Assembly (NCBI GenBank): GCA_943788985.1
Contig: CALSSJ010000017.1
Span: forward strand, 1 to 64,000
Direction of reading: 5' to 3'
DNA length: 64,000 bases
DNA from: an uncultured Lentisphaerales bacterium
GTDB lineage: Bacteria; Verrucomicrobiota; Lentisphaeria; JABSQK01; UBA12247
Below, in pieces: positions 1 through 9,221 of the stretch. The notes below the pieces were generated by a model. That model searched no databases, was not told the origin of the DNA, and saw nothing but the letters and a program-made list of their open reading frames with translations. A program made the translations under genes and the position numbers. Positions within the stretch are counted from its first letter, which is position 1, and each line of letters begins with the position of its first letter.

Positions 1-151
1 CTTTGCGCCGGTCGAGGGCAACAGCACCTTACCAGCGTCATTGCCGTTCTGGCCCAACCTGTGGTGGCCACTTTGCATTGCGTCCGCCGTCATCCTAGTC
101 ATCTTCGCTGTGGCTTTTCATCCCAAGGAAGGGGCGCGCGACCAAGCCTAA
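1..151 (+). CDS. C-terminal end of a membrane transporter, probably MFS nucleoside:H+ symporter-like (5' truncated by window)
   Basis: Frame from nt 2 reads FAPVEGNSTLPASLPFWPNLWWPLCIASAVILVIFAVAFHPKEGARDQA* with TAA at 149-151; last TM helix resembles W..FW......VILVLFALFF ends of NupG-like MFS proteins. Confidence 0.55.
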   Translation, partial: FAPVEGNSTLPASLPFWPNLWWPLCIASAVILVIFAVAFHPKEGARDQA

Positions 152-338
152 CCCACACTGCACTGGGAGCGCCGGATGTATCCGGCATTCGATGCGCATG
201 AACAAGCTTATTCGCCAACTCTCCCTTACCTTCAATCCTGGCCCTCGTGATGGCGGCCAGCGGGGACGTACGCAGTGACCGATAGCTGAGTAAAAACAAT
301 GACTGCATCGATGAAGCATCCTGCCCCTCCAGCACCAC

Positions 339-446
339 TTGCTCACGGAGCTATTGGGAGGCCTATGGCTTCTGATTCGAATTCGCAGATCCGGAGTTGG
401 TGGCGTCTATTCCGATGACACGCAAATGCAGTTGGCATTGGGCGAA
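339..446 (+). pseudogene. ADP-ribosylglycohydrolase N-terminal remnant
   Basis: Across frames reads GAIG(E)AYGF*FEFADPELV ... GVYSDDTQMQLALGE, matching the G-D-A-x-G and (T/S)DDTQM motifs; has a frameshift, a stop and an internal deletion. Confidence 0.55.
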
Positions 447-1480
447 CTTCGCATCTATGGCGCCACCGCCCCCATCGGCGTGGGCAACTGGGGACCACTG
501 CGCGACGACGAGCGCTGCCTGCCCTTCGTCGACTGCCTGCTCACCCACCGCTACTACGTCCCCCACTGCATGACTCGCGAGCAGTTTGCCGCCAACGTTG
601 CGGAGACCGCAGCCTGCCCTGGTGTGTAACCGAGTGCTCCTGGGGCGCCTGGGAGGACGAAGAACGCGCCAAGAACATCCCCGCCCTCGAGACCTTCCTG
701 GAGATCGGCGCCGGCATCGTTCCCTACATTCTCTACGAGAGCCCGGTCATGGATGCCCATGGCATAGATGCCGGCATCCACTATGGCTGGGGCGCTCCCG
801 AAGACCTCTGCTTCATTCGCAAAGACGGCTCCCTGCGCAAAGGCCACGGCGCCATCAACGACCTCATGGCCAAGTACCCGCTCACCGGCGAGCCGCCCGC
901 CTTGCCCAGGCAATGCCCCTACACCACCTTCCGTCCGGGCCAGCCCTAGCTCGATTCCGACGGCGCCCCCATCCAGGCCCATGGCGGCGGCATCCTCAAG
1001 GTCGGCGACACCTGGTATTGGTACGGCGAGAACAAGGACGCCCCGACCTCTCGCAACTCCCGCGGCGTCGCCCGCACCCCGCTGACCGGCGTCTCCTGCT
1101 ACGCCTCCCAAGACCTCTAAAACTGGACCTACCAGGGCCTCGCCCTCGCCGCTGTTGACCAAGACGGTCACGAACTGAACCCAACCAATGTCCTTTAACG
1201 CCCCAAGGTCATCTACAACGATCGCACCCGGACCTACGTCATGTGGCTCCACCTCGACGCCCAAGACTACAGCTGGGCCAAAGCCGGCGTTGCCGTTGCG
1301 AACTCCGCAACCGGGCCGTTCCAGTACCTCGGCAGCATGCAGCCCTCCGGGCAGATGCTCCGCGACATGACCCTGTTTAAGGACGACGACGACAAAGCCT
1401 ACCTGATCTACACCTCTGAGAACAACGAGACGATCCACATCAGTCAGTTCAGCGATGACTACACCCAGCCAATCGGCGAT
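447..1480 (+). pseudogene. Bimodular glycoside hydrolase pseudogene: clan GH-A-like C-terminal part plus GH43_24-like (exo-beta-1,3-galactanase-type) domain
   Basis: ...THRYY...(frameshift)CVTECSWGAWED...; then PGQP*LDSDGAPIQAHGGGILKVGDTWYWYGE..GVSCYASQDL*NW..VL*RPKVIYN..YVMWLH..GPF..RDMTLFKDDDDKAYLIY; stops at 947-949, 1118-1120, 1196-1198; truncated at about 1480. Confidence 0.8.
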
Positions 1481-1484
1481 CCTC

Positions 1485-1517
1485 ATCGCAAGCTTGCGCA
1501 GGTGCTCGGGCGCCACA
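1485..1517. repeat. 33-bp direct repeat, copy 1 (ATCGCAAGCTTGCGCAGGTGCTCGGGCGCCACA)
   Basis: Identical to 56293-56325. Confidence 0.95.
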
Positions 1518-2390
1518 CCGGCTTCCAGTAGCTGGCTGTCGTAGGCCTTGGCTGCGATCTGCGCAGCGGCCTCGGCCAACGCGGCGTCGGTGTCGCCATC
1601 CGGCGTGACGGCTTTGAACTCGATCACGAACCCCAGGGGATAGTCGCGCGTGAGCGGCTGCATGAGGATGTCGGCGCGACCGTAGCCCGACTCGGGGTTC
1701 GAGCGGATGTGGTAGGCGCTGCGCAGGTTGGCCAGCAAGCCGAGAACGAGCGCGTGGTAGACCGCTTCCGGCTGCTTCGCCGGGTCGTGACAGCTCATCA
1801 GGTTGCGCACCAGCTCCGCCAGCAACCGCTCGAAATGGACGATGTCGTCGGTCACCAGACTGCGGAGCAGCTCGTCCGTTGCTCGGAAGTTCAGACTGGA
1901 GTGCCAGCGCGCGACAAATTCTCGGTACACCATCCGAACTTCCCGATTGGGAATGCTCAGTTGGTAGCATTGCCGTCCGCTCAGCAGGTCCTCCACCGGG
2001 TCCTGCGCCTTGAGATAGCCGGAGAAGAGCAGGAAGCTCCAGATGTTCTCTGAATTCTTTCCGATGTCCTTGAAAACGGTGTCTTCCAGGACCGGGTAGC
2101 GCAGCTCTTTGCCAGCCAGGAGATGCTCCAAGTCGCGTTTGAGCTCTGGCCCGCCAGCTTCCAGTTCGGCGTGCACCAGGTCGTTCGACGAGGTATTGAG
2201 CCATTGGGGGCCAATGGGGTTCGGATAGCCGCTGACGCAACCGATCACGCTCCATGGGTTGTAGATCGTGTGCCCCCCGAAGTCGTAGCCGTTGTACCAT
2301 TGCTGCATCGGTTCGGCCAACTCTGTAAGGTCGAAGTCCACCAGGATCTGGTCGATCTCTGCCTGAGTGAAGCCGAACTTGTCCGCGTAG
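1485..2390 (-). pseudogene. AAA-ATPase-like / PD-(D/E)XK nuclease (DUF1703-type) gene fragment lacking both N-terminus and last residues
   Basis: YADKFGFTQAEI..WYNGYDFG..IYNPWSV..W.NTSSN..LLFSGYLK..IPNREV..YHALVLGLL..SNPESGYGRADI..IEFK; homology stops at LRKLA and the ORF then runs antisense through the GH43 remnant. Confidence 0.85.
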
Positions 2391-2502
2391 CCACCGACCT
2401 TTCCCTGACACTGCCAGTAGGCTGGGAGGCCACACTCGTGGACTCCGGCTCGTCCATCGACCTCAACCTCACTAACCTGGCGCGGTAATCCTGGTGCGCT
2501 GA
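2390..2502 (+). pseudogene. C-terminal remnant of a secreted protein ending ...SIDLNLT(K)PGAVILVR*
   Basis: ATDLSLTLPVGWEATLVDSGSSIDLNLT, then one base missing at about 2475, then CCT GGC GCG GTA ATC CTG GTG CGC TGA (2476-2502). Confidence 0.55.
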
Positions 2503-3017
2503 GGAGCAGGGGACACGGCGCAATCGCACTGATTTAAGCGCTCAGCCCGGCATGCAGGAACACACCGAATCCTCTTAATTAAGTGGCTCTTCTCCAGAAT
2601 CTGTGGGGCGCCTTGAAGGATGCTGGTTTCCTGAGCAATGAATTGAACCATTATTTGAGCCTGGGGAGGTTCCCCAGCCCCCTCAGCAGCTAAAGAATCA
2701 AGGCGACACATTTCGCTGCCACAACATTTCGAGGGTACTCAGCCTCAAGCCAACCCATGAATTCTGGCGAGGAGGCAATTAAGTCAGTGCCTTTGGACGC
2801 TACTTCTTTGGCGATGTCCCTGCATTGGCCTTCATGTTTGGCGCCTTTTCTGCCGTCCTCACAGCGACGGCCTTTATCCACTTTGGCATGGCTGTCGCCT
2901 ATCTTTTGGCCTACTTCGGGAAAAGTACGAGCTCAAATTCTCAGGGCGAGCGTGAGATTCGTGCGTATGGCATGTAATCGCATGACAAGAAGCCCAAGCG
3001 CAGAATGGAATCAAACG

Positions 3018-6000
3018 ATGAAGTCCGCATCACTCCTGAACGGTATTGCGCTCGCAGTATCAGCCGTTCTTTTGTTTCAGGTGCCGTGTTCCGCGGCCGA
3101 CCTATCTGGCCCTAACGACTATAAAGATGGCGGCAATGTCACACCGAAGATTGTCACCCTCACGCCGGAAGAAGAAGCAGAGATTCTCAAAGATGTCACC
3201 GTGCCGGACGGATTTTCAACCACTCTCTTTGCGCCATGGCAGGCCGCGAACTACCCTGTTTATGTTTCTGCTTCACCCGCTGGGGATCTCTATGTCTCGA
3301 GTGACGGTAACGGGTCGGTGCAACGCAAGCCCGGTCGAGGTCGCGTCATGCGCCTGCGCGATCGCGACGGCGATGGGCGGGCCGACGAGCTTACTGAGTT
3401 TATAAAGGATGTCGACACGCCTAGGGGCAGCATTTGGGATCATGACCGGCTCTATCTCCTGCATCCCCCGCATATTACTGCCTATTTTGATCGCGATGGC
3501 GATGGCATCGCTGAGGATTCGAAGCGGCTCATCTCAGATATCGCATTCGGATTTAAAGATCGCTCCGGTGACCACACGACCAACGGACTAGAACTTGGTG
3601 CCGACGGCTGGATCTACATCGCGGCTGGGGACTTTGGCTTCATGGGCGCAGTGGGGAGCGATGGTCGCCGACTCGAGCATCGAGCAGGAGGCGTCGTGCG
3701 CTTTCGTCCTGATGGCAGCGGCCTCGAAATCTTCGCGACCGGCACCCGCAATATCTTGGCCACTCCGATGAGCCCGCTACTCGATCTGTTTGCACGCGAC
3801 AATACCAATGACGGCGGCGGCTGGAACGTTCGGTTTCATCACTTCGCAGGCCTAGAGGATCACGGCTACCCGCGCATGTACATCAATTTTCCGGATGAAG
3901 TGATCCCGCCGTTGGCCGACTATGGTGGCGGTTCCGGCTGTGGTGGCGTCTACATCCACGAGCCCGGTTTCCCGGCCGAATGGGGCAGTGCGCCCTTCAC
4001 GTGTGACTGGGGCCGCACCGGGTTGTTTCGCCACAGCGTGAGACGTCAAGGCGCTGGCTTTGTCGAGACCGAGGCGCCGAAAACATTCATCAAGGTGACA
4101 CGCCCGACTGATGCGGATGTCGACGGCATGAGTCGTGTCTACCAGGCAAGTTGGAAGGGGCCGGCGACGTTTGGCTGGAAAGGCCCTGAACACGGCTACA
4201 TTGCTCGGGTCACCCCCACGGGCTATACGCCAAAGCCACTGCCAGATTTTGAAACCCTGAGCGATGGCGAACTGATCCAACTCTTGGAATCCCCCAGCCA
4301 GGTCCGCGCGCTCGCTGCTCAGCGCACGCTCCTGCGCCGCGACGAGAGTGGGACAACAACCACGTCCCTTTATACGCTTGCTGCGGATCCCTCGAAGGAA
4401 CTGCGCTCCCGCGTCCTGGCCCTCTATACGATCAGCCAGCGCGGCGTAGACAGTAAACACAGCCCGCGCGTGATTGAGACGATCAAACCGCTCGCCAGCG
4501 AGCCAAGTATTCGGGCATTTGTGCTCCGGGCCCTAGGCGACATGGCGATTGATCGCCTCACCGCCGGTGAGGCAGGCCCAACTCCTGCTGATGTGCTGAT
4601 CGTCGGTGCTGAGAGCGATGATCCGCGTACCCGCGTCGAAGCCATCATCGCCGCAGTGCGTCAAAAGAACGTTGCCGCGGCGGACGCGATCGCGAAGAGC
4701 CTGGGACATGAAGATCCGGTGATTGCGCACACCGCTTTTCGTGGACTGGCCCAACTCGCTACGCCTGAACCAGCACTGGCTATTCTGGATGATGCGGCCA
4801 GCAGTGATGCGCAACGCCTGGGTGCCTCACGCGCTTTGATGCGCATGCATACGAAAGGCGTTGTGCATTCGCTGCTTCAGCGCCTGGATACCGCCAGCCC
4901 GGAATCGCGGCCGCATATATTCTCTGCTCTATGCCGCCTGTATCACGTGGATGGGGAGTGGAAAGGCGATTCTTGGGCGACCCGCCCTGATACCCGCGGG
5001 CCCTACTATCAACCCGTGGTCTGGGCTGAATCCGCCACTATACTCAAACGGCTAAAGGCCGCGCTGTCCGCCGCCGCGCCGCCCGAGGCAGCCATCTTCA
5101 TTCAGGAACTGAGCCGCAACCGCATCGAGGATAACGAGGCGCTAACGCGCATCATTGACATCGCCCGGAATGATCCTGCGCACATCGCAACCGCTGTGGC
5201 GCAACTCATTCAAGCCAAGCAGATTCCCGCCGAAGCGATTCCTCTGCTGCACCGCAGTGCACGGGATGCCACTGCGCCTCCGGCTGTGCTGGTGAAGACC
5301 ATCACCTGTCTGCTGAAACTCCAGAATGAAGAGGTCATCGCCTCTGTATTGAGCGCGATGGCCATCTTGGATCGATCTGTGAAGGGTGCAATTCACCTAA
5401 ATCCTGGTCGTGATGTTTTCATCAACCATAAGTCCCTGGACGGCTCGCTTGACGAGCTGGTCGAATTTGCCCATGGTGACCTGAAGCAATCGGAGACGCA
5501 ATGGGCAATCGGGGCTTTGCTGAAACTCGCCGAAAGCAAGGGCGTGAGTGTTGAAGCGCAAGCCGTGGCTCGGGAGGAAATTGATCTCGCCTGGCAAGAT
5601 ACGGATCGTCGTGCGCTGCTGATCGTCTGGGCCCGCATCATTCGGAACCACTACTTGGATGCCCGCATTGCGGTTGCCTTGACTGACCCTTCAGCTGCGG
5701 TGGCCGATCAGGCTGCAATCTCTGTCCGACACTTGAAAATCCAGCTGCCCGGCGCGGACAAAACGCCCAAAATTGGTGATTTGACAGTCGAACAGGCCCT
5801 CGCCCAAGTCAGCTCGTTCAAAGGGAGCTCTGCGCTGGGGGAAGCCGTCTTCATCAAAGCAGCCTGCATGACCTGCCACACGGTTAGCCCAGACCAGACA
5901 CCCAAAGGGCCTTATCTGGGGAGCATCGCCAACATCTATCGCCGTGACGAACTGGCCAAAGCAATTCTCGAGCCCAACGCAAGTATCGCCCAAGGGTTTG

Positions 6001-6236
6001 CCTCTCACATCTTGACCTTAAAGGACAATAGGGTATTGATGGGGTTCATTACCAAAGAGTCCGCGGACCAAGTCACGCTCCGTGATATGGCCAGCCAGGA
6101 ACACATAATCACAAAGAGTGACATTTCACAACGCAACTCCCTGCCGACGTCCATGATGCCCCCCGGCCTTATGAACGCATTCACCATCAAGGAATTCGCC
6201 TCGATCTTGGATTACATCGAATCGTTATCAAAATGA
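3018..6236 (+). CDS. PVC-type heme-binding CxxCH protein (membrane-bound dehydrogenase-like beta-propeller, HEAT repeats, cytochrome c)
   Basis: Signal peptide MKSASLLNGIALAVS; VPDGFSTTLFA, DRDGDGRAD, HTTNGLELGADGWIY, GTRN; HEAT-like middle; C-terminal CMTCH..GPYL..SMMPPGL. Confidence 0.9.
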   Translation: MKSASLLNGIALAVSAVLLFQVPCSAADLSGPNDYKDGGNVTPKIVTLTPEEEAEILKDVTVPDGFSTTLFAPWQAANYPVYVSASPAGDLYVSSDGNGSVQRKPGRGRVMRLRDRDGDGRADELTEFIKDVDTPRGSIWDHDRLYLLHPPHITAYFDRDGDGIAEDSKRLISDIAFGFKDRSGDHTTNGLELGADGWIYIAAGDFGFMGAVGSDGRRLEHRAGGVVRFRPDGSGLEIFATGTRNILATPMSPLLDLFARDNTNDGGGWNVRFHHFAGLEDHGYPRMYINFPDEVIPPLADYGGGSGCGGVYIHEPGFPAEWGSAPFTCDWGRTGLFRHSVRRQGAGFVETEAPKTFIKVTRPTDADVDGMSRVYQASWKGPATFGWKGPEHGYIARVTPTGYTPKPLPDFETLSDGELIQLLESPSQVRALAAQRTLLRRDESGTTTTSLYTLAADPSKELRSRVLALYTISQRGVDSKHSPRVIETIKPLASEPSIRAFVLRALGDMAIDRLTAGEAGPTPADVLIVGAESDDPRTRVEAIIAAVRQKNVAAADAIAKSLGHEDPVIAHTAFRGLAQLATPEPALAILDDAASSDAQRLGASRALMRMHTKGVVHSLLQRLDTASPESRPHIFSALCRLYHVDGEWKGDSWATRPDTRGPYYQPVVWAESATILKRLKAALSAAAPPEAAIFIQELSRNRIEDNEALTRIIDIARNDPAHIATAVAQLIQAKQIPAEAIPLLHRSARDATAPPAVLVKTITCLLKLQNEEVIASVLSAMAILDRSVKGAIHLNPGRDVFINHKSLDGSLDELVEFAHGDLKQSETQWAIGALLKLAESKGVSVEAQAVAREEIDLAWQDTDRRALLIVWARIIRNHYLDARIAVALTDPSAAVADQAAISVRHLKIQLPGADKTPKIGDLTVEQALAQVSSFKGSSALGEAVFIKAACMTCHTVSPDQTPKGPYLGSIANIYRRDELAKAILEPNASIAQGFASHILTLKDNRVLMGFITKESADQVTLRDMASQEHIITKSDISQRNSLPTSMMPPGLMNAFTIKEFASILDYIESLSK

Positions 6237-6317
6237 TACGCCCCCTAACAGCTAGTGGCTAAACTCGCACCTACTGCGAGCGGCCCTTCTGGCGCCCCAA
6301 AAACAAAGAGTAAGAAC

Positions 6318-7076
6318 ATGAAACGACGCACAAACTTCGCATCCGCCTGTCTGGTTCTCGCACTGGCACTCACGGCTTCTGTATACGCAGAAGAGCCGCT
6401 CAAAGTATTGCTGGTTACCGGTGAAAAGCATCACGACTACGAAAACCAGAAGGCCATCCTGAGTAAAGGCGTCAGTGAACGCATTCCCAGCGAGTGGACG
6501 ATTTGGCATCACAAGACCGCGGAAGCCGCGAAGCAAGCAATGAGCGTAGAGGGTTGGGCCGATGCCTTCGATGTGGTGGTCTACAATATTTGCCACGCAG
6601 TGGAGAAGGACAAAGCCTTTGTGGATGCGCTCTGCAAGACACACCACGCAGGCAAGCCGGCCGTAGCGATTCACTGCACGATGCATTCCTATCACTTCAC
6701 CATTGCGGGCAAAGAGGGCGAGAAGGAATGGAACCGCCTGCTGGGCGCTTACTCAAGGCGTCACGGAGCGCACAAACCGATCACCGTGAAGAAGACCGTG
6801 GTGGACCATCCTGCGACCAAGGAGATGCCAGCAGAATGGGCGACGACGCAAGGCGAACTCTATGTGTTGAAGAAGCTCTACGACACGACGACTGTGCTCG
6901 CGTACGGTGATGCGGGCTACAAAGAGGGGCAGCAACCAGTGATCTGGCTCAATCGCTACGGTGCCGGACGTATATTTTGCACCACCCTGGGCCATCATAA
7001 CTCTACGATGGAGCGTCCCGAGTACCTCGACATGATTTCCAAAGGCATCAAGTGGGCAGCCGGAAAAGATAAATAG
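6318..7076 (+). CDS. ThuA-like (type 1 glutamine amidotransferase-like) secreted protein
   Basis: Signal peptide; PLKVLLVTGEKHHDY, IHCTMHSY, HPAT, ELY, GRIFCTTLGH, GIKWA. Confidence 0.88.
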   Translation: MKRRTNFASACLVLALALTASVYAEEPLKVLLVTGEKHHDYENQKAILSKGVSERIPSEWTIWHHKTAEAAKQAMSVEGWADAFDVVVYNICHAVEKDKAFVDALCKTHHAGKPAVAIHCTMHSYHFTIAGKEGEKEWNRLLGAYSRRHGAHKPITVKKTVVDHPATKEMPAEWATTQGELYVLKKLYDTTTVLAYGDAGYKEGQQPVIWLNRYGAGRIFCTTLGHHNSTMERPEYLDMISKGIKWAAGKDK

Positions 7077-7610
7077 AGAAGCAGACCGTCTACCATAGAA
7101 TAGCCATGGCCATTCTATGCCTGCAGGCCGCCTGTATCCCTGGCGGACCGGCTGGCAGAAGAGCCACCCGGGTCCGAGAGCTACGTGCCTCTTTGGCTGC
7201 GCATGGGGGGTCGCCTTCACCGCCTCCTGCGTGGTGCCTGAACTCTTGGATAGCGACGATTTTTCGCGGCGCTACTACCACGCCAGCCCTGCAGGCCGTA
7301 CTGTTATAACAGGCATGGAAGGGCAAGTGGTTGGAGCTGGCTTCGGAGCCGGCACGATTGAACAGGAGATGGATCGACGGCGTGCGAAAAGAGCCGCAAA
7401 CCGCCGTGAAGCCGGCCGATAGGTCGCTCAATTCGAGAAGGAGTTTGAATGGCTCAGGCAGAGCCAGAAGCAGACGAAGGTGATCGCGGCCGTTTGTCTG
7501 CTGAGTATACTTCTGCTGCTGTGCATGCGGAAGCGGTGGAGGCAAAGACGCGCTTCCCAATAGTGGAGCGTAATAGCCACGAGCCCGCTGCCAAATGCCG
7601 AGTTCCCAAG

Positions 7611-8060
7611 CTACACCTCATGACCGCCTTCTCCCACGGCCGTGGCGACGAGCGCGCCATCCTCTCCACCTTCCCCCAAGCCCCCCGTGTCGATGCACTG
7701 ATCATCGTGAATTTGGATACCCCGGACGATCTGCTGGCCGAGATTGCCAGCGATCCATTGCCGGTCATCTCGATCGATCGGCCTGCCCTGGAGCACGGAC
7801 TGCCCGCAGGCTCGGTGCTGGACAACGGCTTGTTCCACATGAATAATCTCGTGGCTCCCACATTCCTAGCCTATGCCAGAGACGACAAAGTATGCACTGG
7901 CGACAAGGCATATGAAAAAGCGCTGCGAGAGGCAAGCGTCTCAACACACATCGAACTCTACGAAAAGGGCGGCCATGCCCTGGCCGGCGTCAACTGGTTC
8001 CCGGTCTGCGAAACTTGGCTCCAAGAACAGAAACTGGTCGGGACCAATGGCAAGAGGTAG
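7611..8060 (+). pseudogene. Chimeric remnant: LacI-type sugar-binding domain fragment fused in frame to an alpha/beta-hydrolase C-terminus
   Basis: RVDALIIVN..PLPVISIDRP..SVLDN (about 7611-7829) followed by APTFLAYARDD..YEKALREASVSTHIELYEKGGHA..W...CETWL. Confidence 0.6.
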
Positions 8061-8140
8061 CGCATCCTGAATCAAGACTAAGACAATGCAGCCGGAAGAA
8101 TGCGGCGAGCCGCCCGCAGTCCCAGCCTGTTAGAATAGGC

Positions 8141-9004
8141 TTACTCCCCGCGTAATTGCGAGGGCGACGAGCCTGTCCATTTGTGGTAAGCCTTGGAAAA
8201 GGAACTGGCTGTATTGTAGCCGACACTGCGGGCGATCAGATCAAGAGTCTGATCGGTTCCGACCAGTAAATCAGTAGCGCGCTGAATGCGGAGAAAGGTC
8301 AAATGCTTCATCGGACTGCGCCCAAGATGCTTCTGGCACATACGCCGAAAGTGCTCCGGACTCATACTTGCCTGACTTGAAATCCCATCTAGATCCCAGG
8401 CCGCGTCCAAGCGTCCCTGAACCACTTCCCAGGCGCGCCATAGGCGATTGTCATGCTGCCGCGGCCCCGCAAAACTCAGGACATACTGGTGAACCAATTC
8501 GACCCAATGATGCATGAGGCTGGGGTTTGCGTCCCCGGCCGTCGCTTCGCGCAATCCTTCGATCGCAAACGCAATCGCCCGTCCTTTGAACGGCCCGGTC
8601 ATCGGTGAGGTCGCTGTTGCCACCGGCACCATCGTATCTGGCTCAAGGTAGCGGACCCAATAGAAGTGCCAAGGCTTGCCTGGTGCCGCCCGGATCGCAT
8701 TGGGATAACGCGGTGGCAACAGACAGCCGTTTCCCGCTTGAATCCGTTTCCACACACCGTCGACCAAGATCTCGCCTTCGCCGGCCACGCAGGCCATAAA
8801 GAAGGTCCCCGATTGCCGCAGTCGCACCACCTGAAACGGATGGTGCGCATTCATCTCGCCCGCGTGAATGATCTGGTGGCGCAATAGCTGATCGCAGACT
8901 GGCTCATCCGCCAACCACGCGGCCGCCTCGGCCATATCGGCCCGTACGGCCTTGTAGCGCGTCTTCGCACCCAGTGTATGAATTGTGGCTAAATGTTCCG
9001 GCAT
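8141..9004 (-). CDS. AraC family transcriptional regulator
   Basis: Cupin-like N-domain; C-terminal double HTH (MSPEHFRRMCQKHLGRSP..LRIQRA..IARSVGYNTASSFSKAYHKWTGSSPSQLR). Confidence 0.92.
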   Translation of the reverse strand: MPEHLATIHTLGAKTRYKAVRADMAEAAAWLADEPVCDQLLRHQIIHAGEMNAHHPFQVVRLRQSGTFFMACVAGEGEILVDGVWKRIQAGNGCLLPPRYPNAIRAAPGKPWHFYWVRYLEPDTMVPVATATSPMTGPFKGRAIAFAIEGLREATAGDANPSLMHHWVELVHQYVLSFAGPRQHDNRLWRAWEVVQGRLDAAWDLDGISSQASMSPEHFRRMCQKHLGRSPMKHLTFLRIQRATDLLVGTDQTLDLIARSVGYNTASSFSKAYHKWTGSSPSQLRGE

Positions 9005-9108
9005 CTGCCTGCCTCTTCCGGTCACAAAAAAGCTCTGAATCTACCGCACGCTCCGCTCCCATGCCACTTTGCATAACACTCACGCCGCCCCGATTGGACT
9101 CGAGAAAA

Positions 9109-9172
9109 GTGGATCTAGGCCACACTCTCGTGGATCTGGGAAAATTGGCACGTCACGAAAACGGCGTATAAG
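9109..9172 (+). promoter_or_regulatory. Putative AraC operator (GTGGATCT direct repeats 21 bp apart) next to a sigma70-like promoter
   Basis: GTGGATCT at 9109 and 9130; TTGGCA (9145-9150), 16 nt, TATAAG (9167-9172). Confidence 0.5.
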
Positions 9173-9221
9173 TAATCTGTAATTTCCAGAACTCGCACGT
9201 TTGTAGCTATTGGAGCATGAG

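Noticed and set aside
171..186. GCCGGATGTATCCGGC palindrome resembling an enterobacterial REP
   Set aside because: Single short copy after a stop codon; equally explained as a terminator-like hairpin.
947..1198. In-frame TAG/TAA codons in GH43 as stop-codon reassignment or readthrough
   Set aside because: The stops replace three different expected residues (W, Y, E), each by one substitution, and TAA/TAG terminate normal genes elsewhere in the window.
554..2341. 595-aa minus-strand ORF as a single novel protein
   Set aside because: Only the first roughly 285 residues are PD-(D/E)XK-like; the rest is the antisense shadow of the GH43 pseudogene.
2757..3017. 87-aa N-terminal extension of the CxxCH protein
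   Set aside because: The signal peptide begins at ATG 3018; the upstream region encodes a membrane-protein remnant in another frame.
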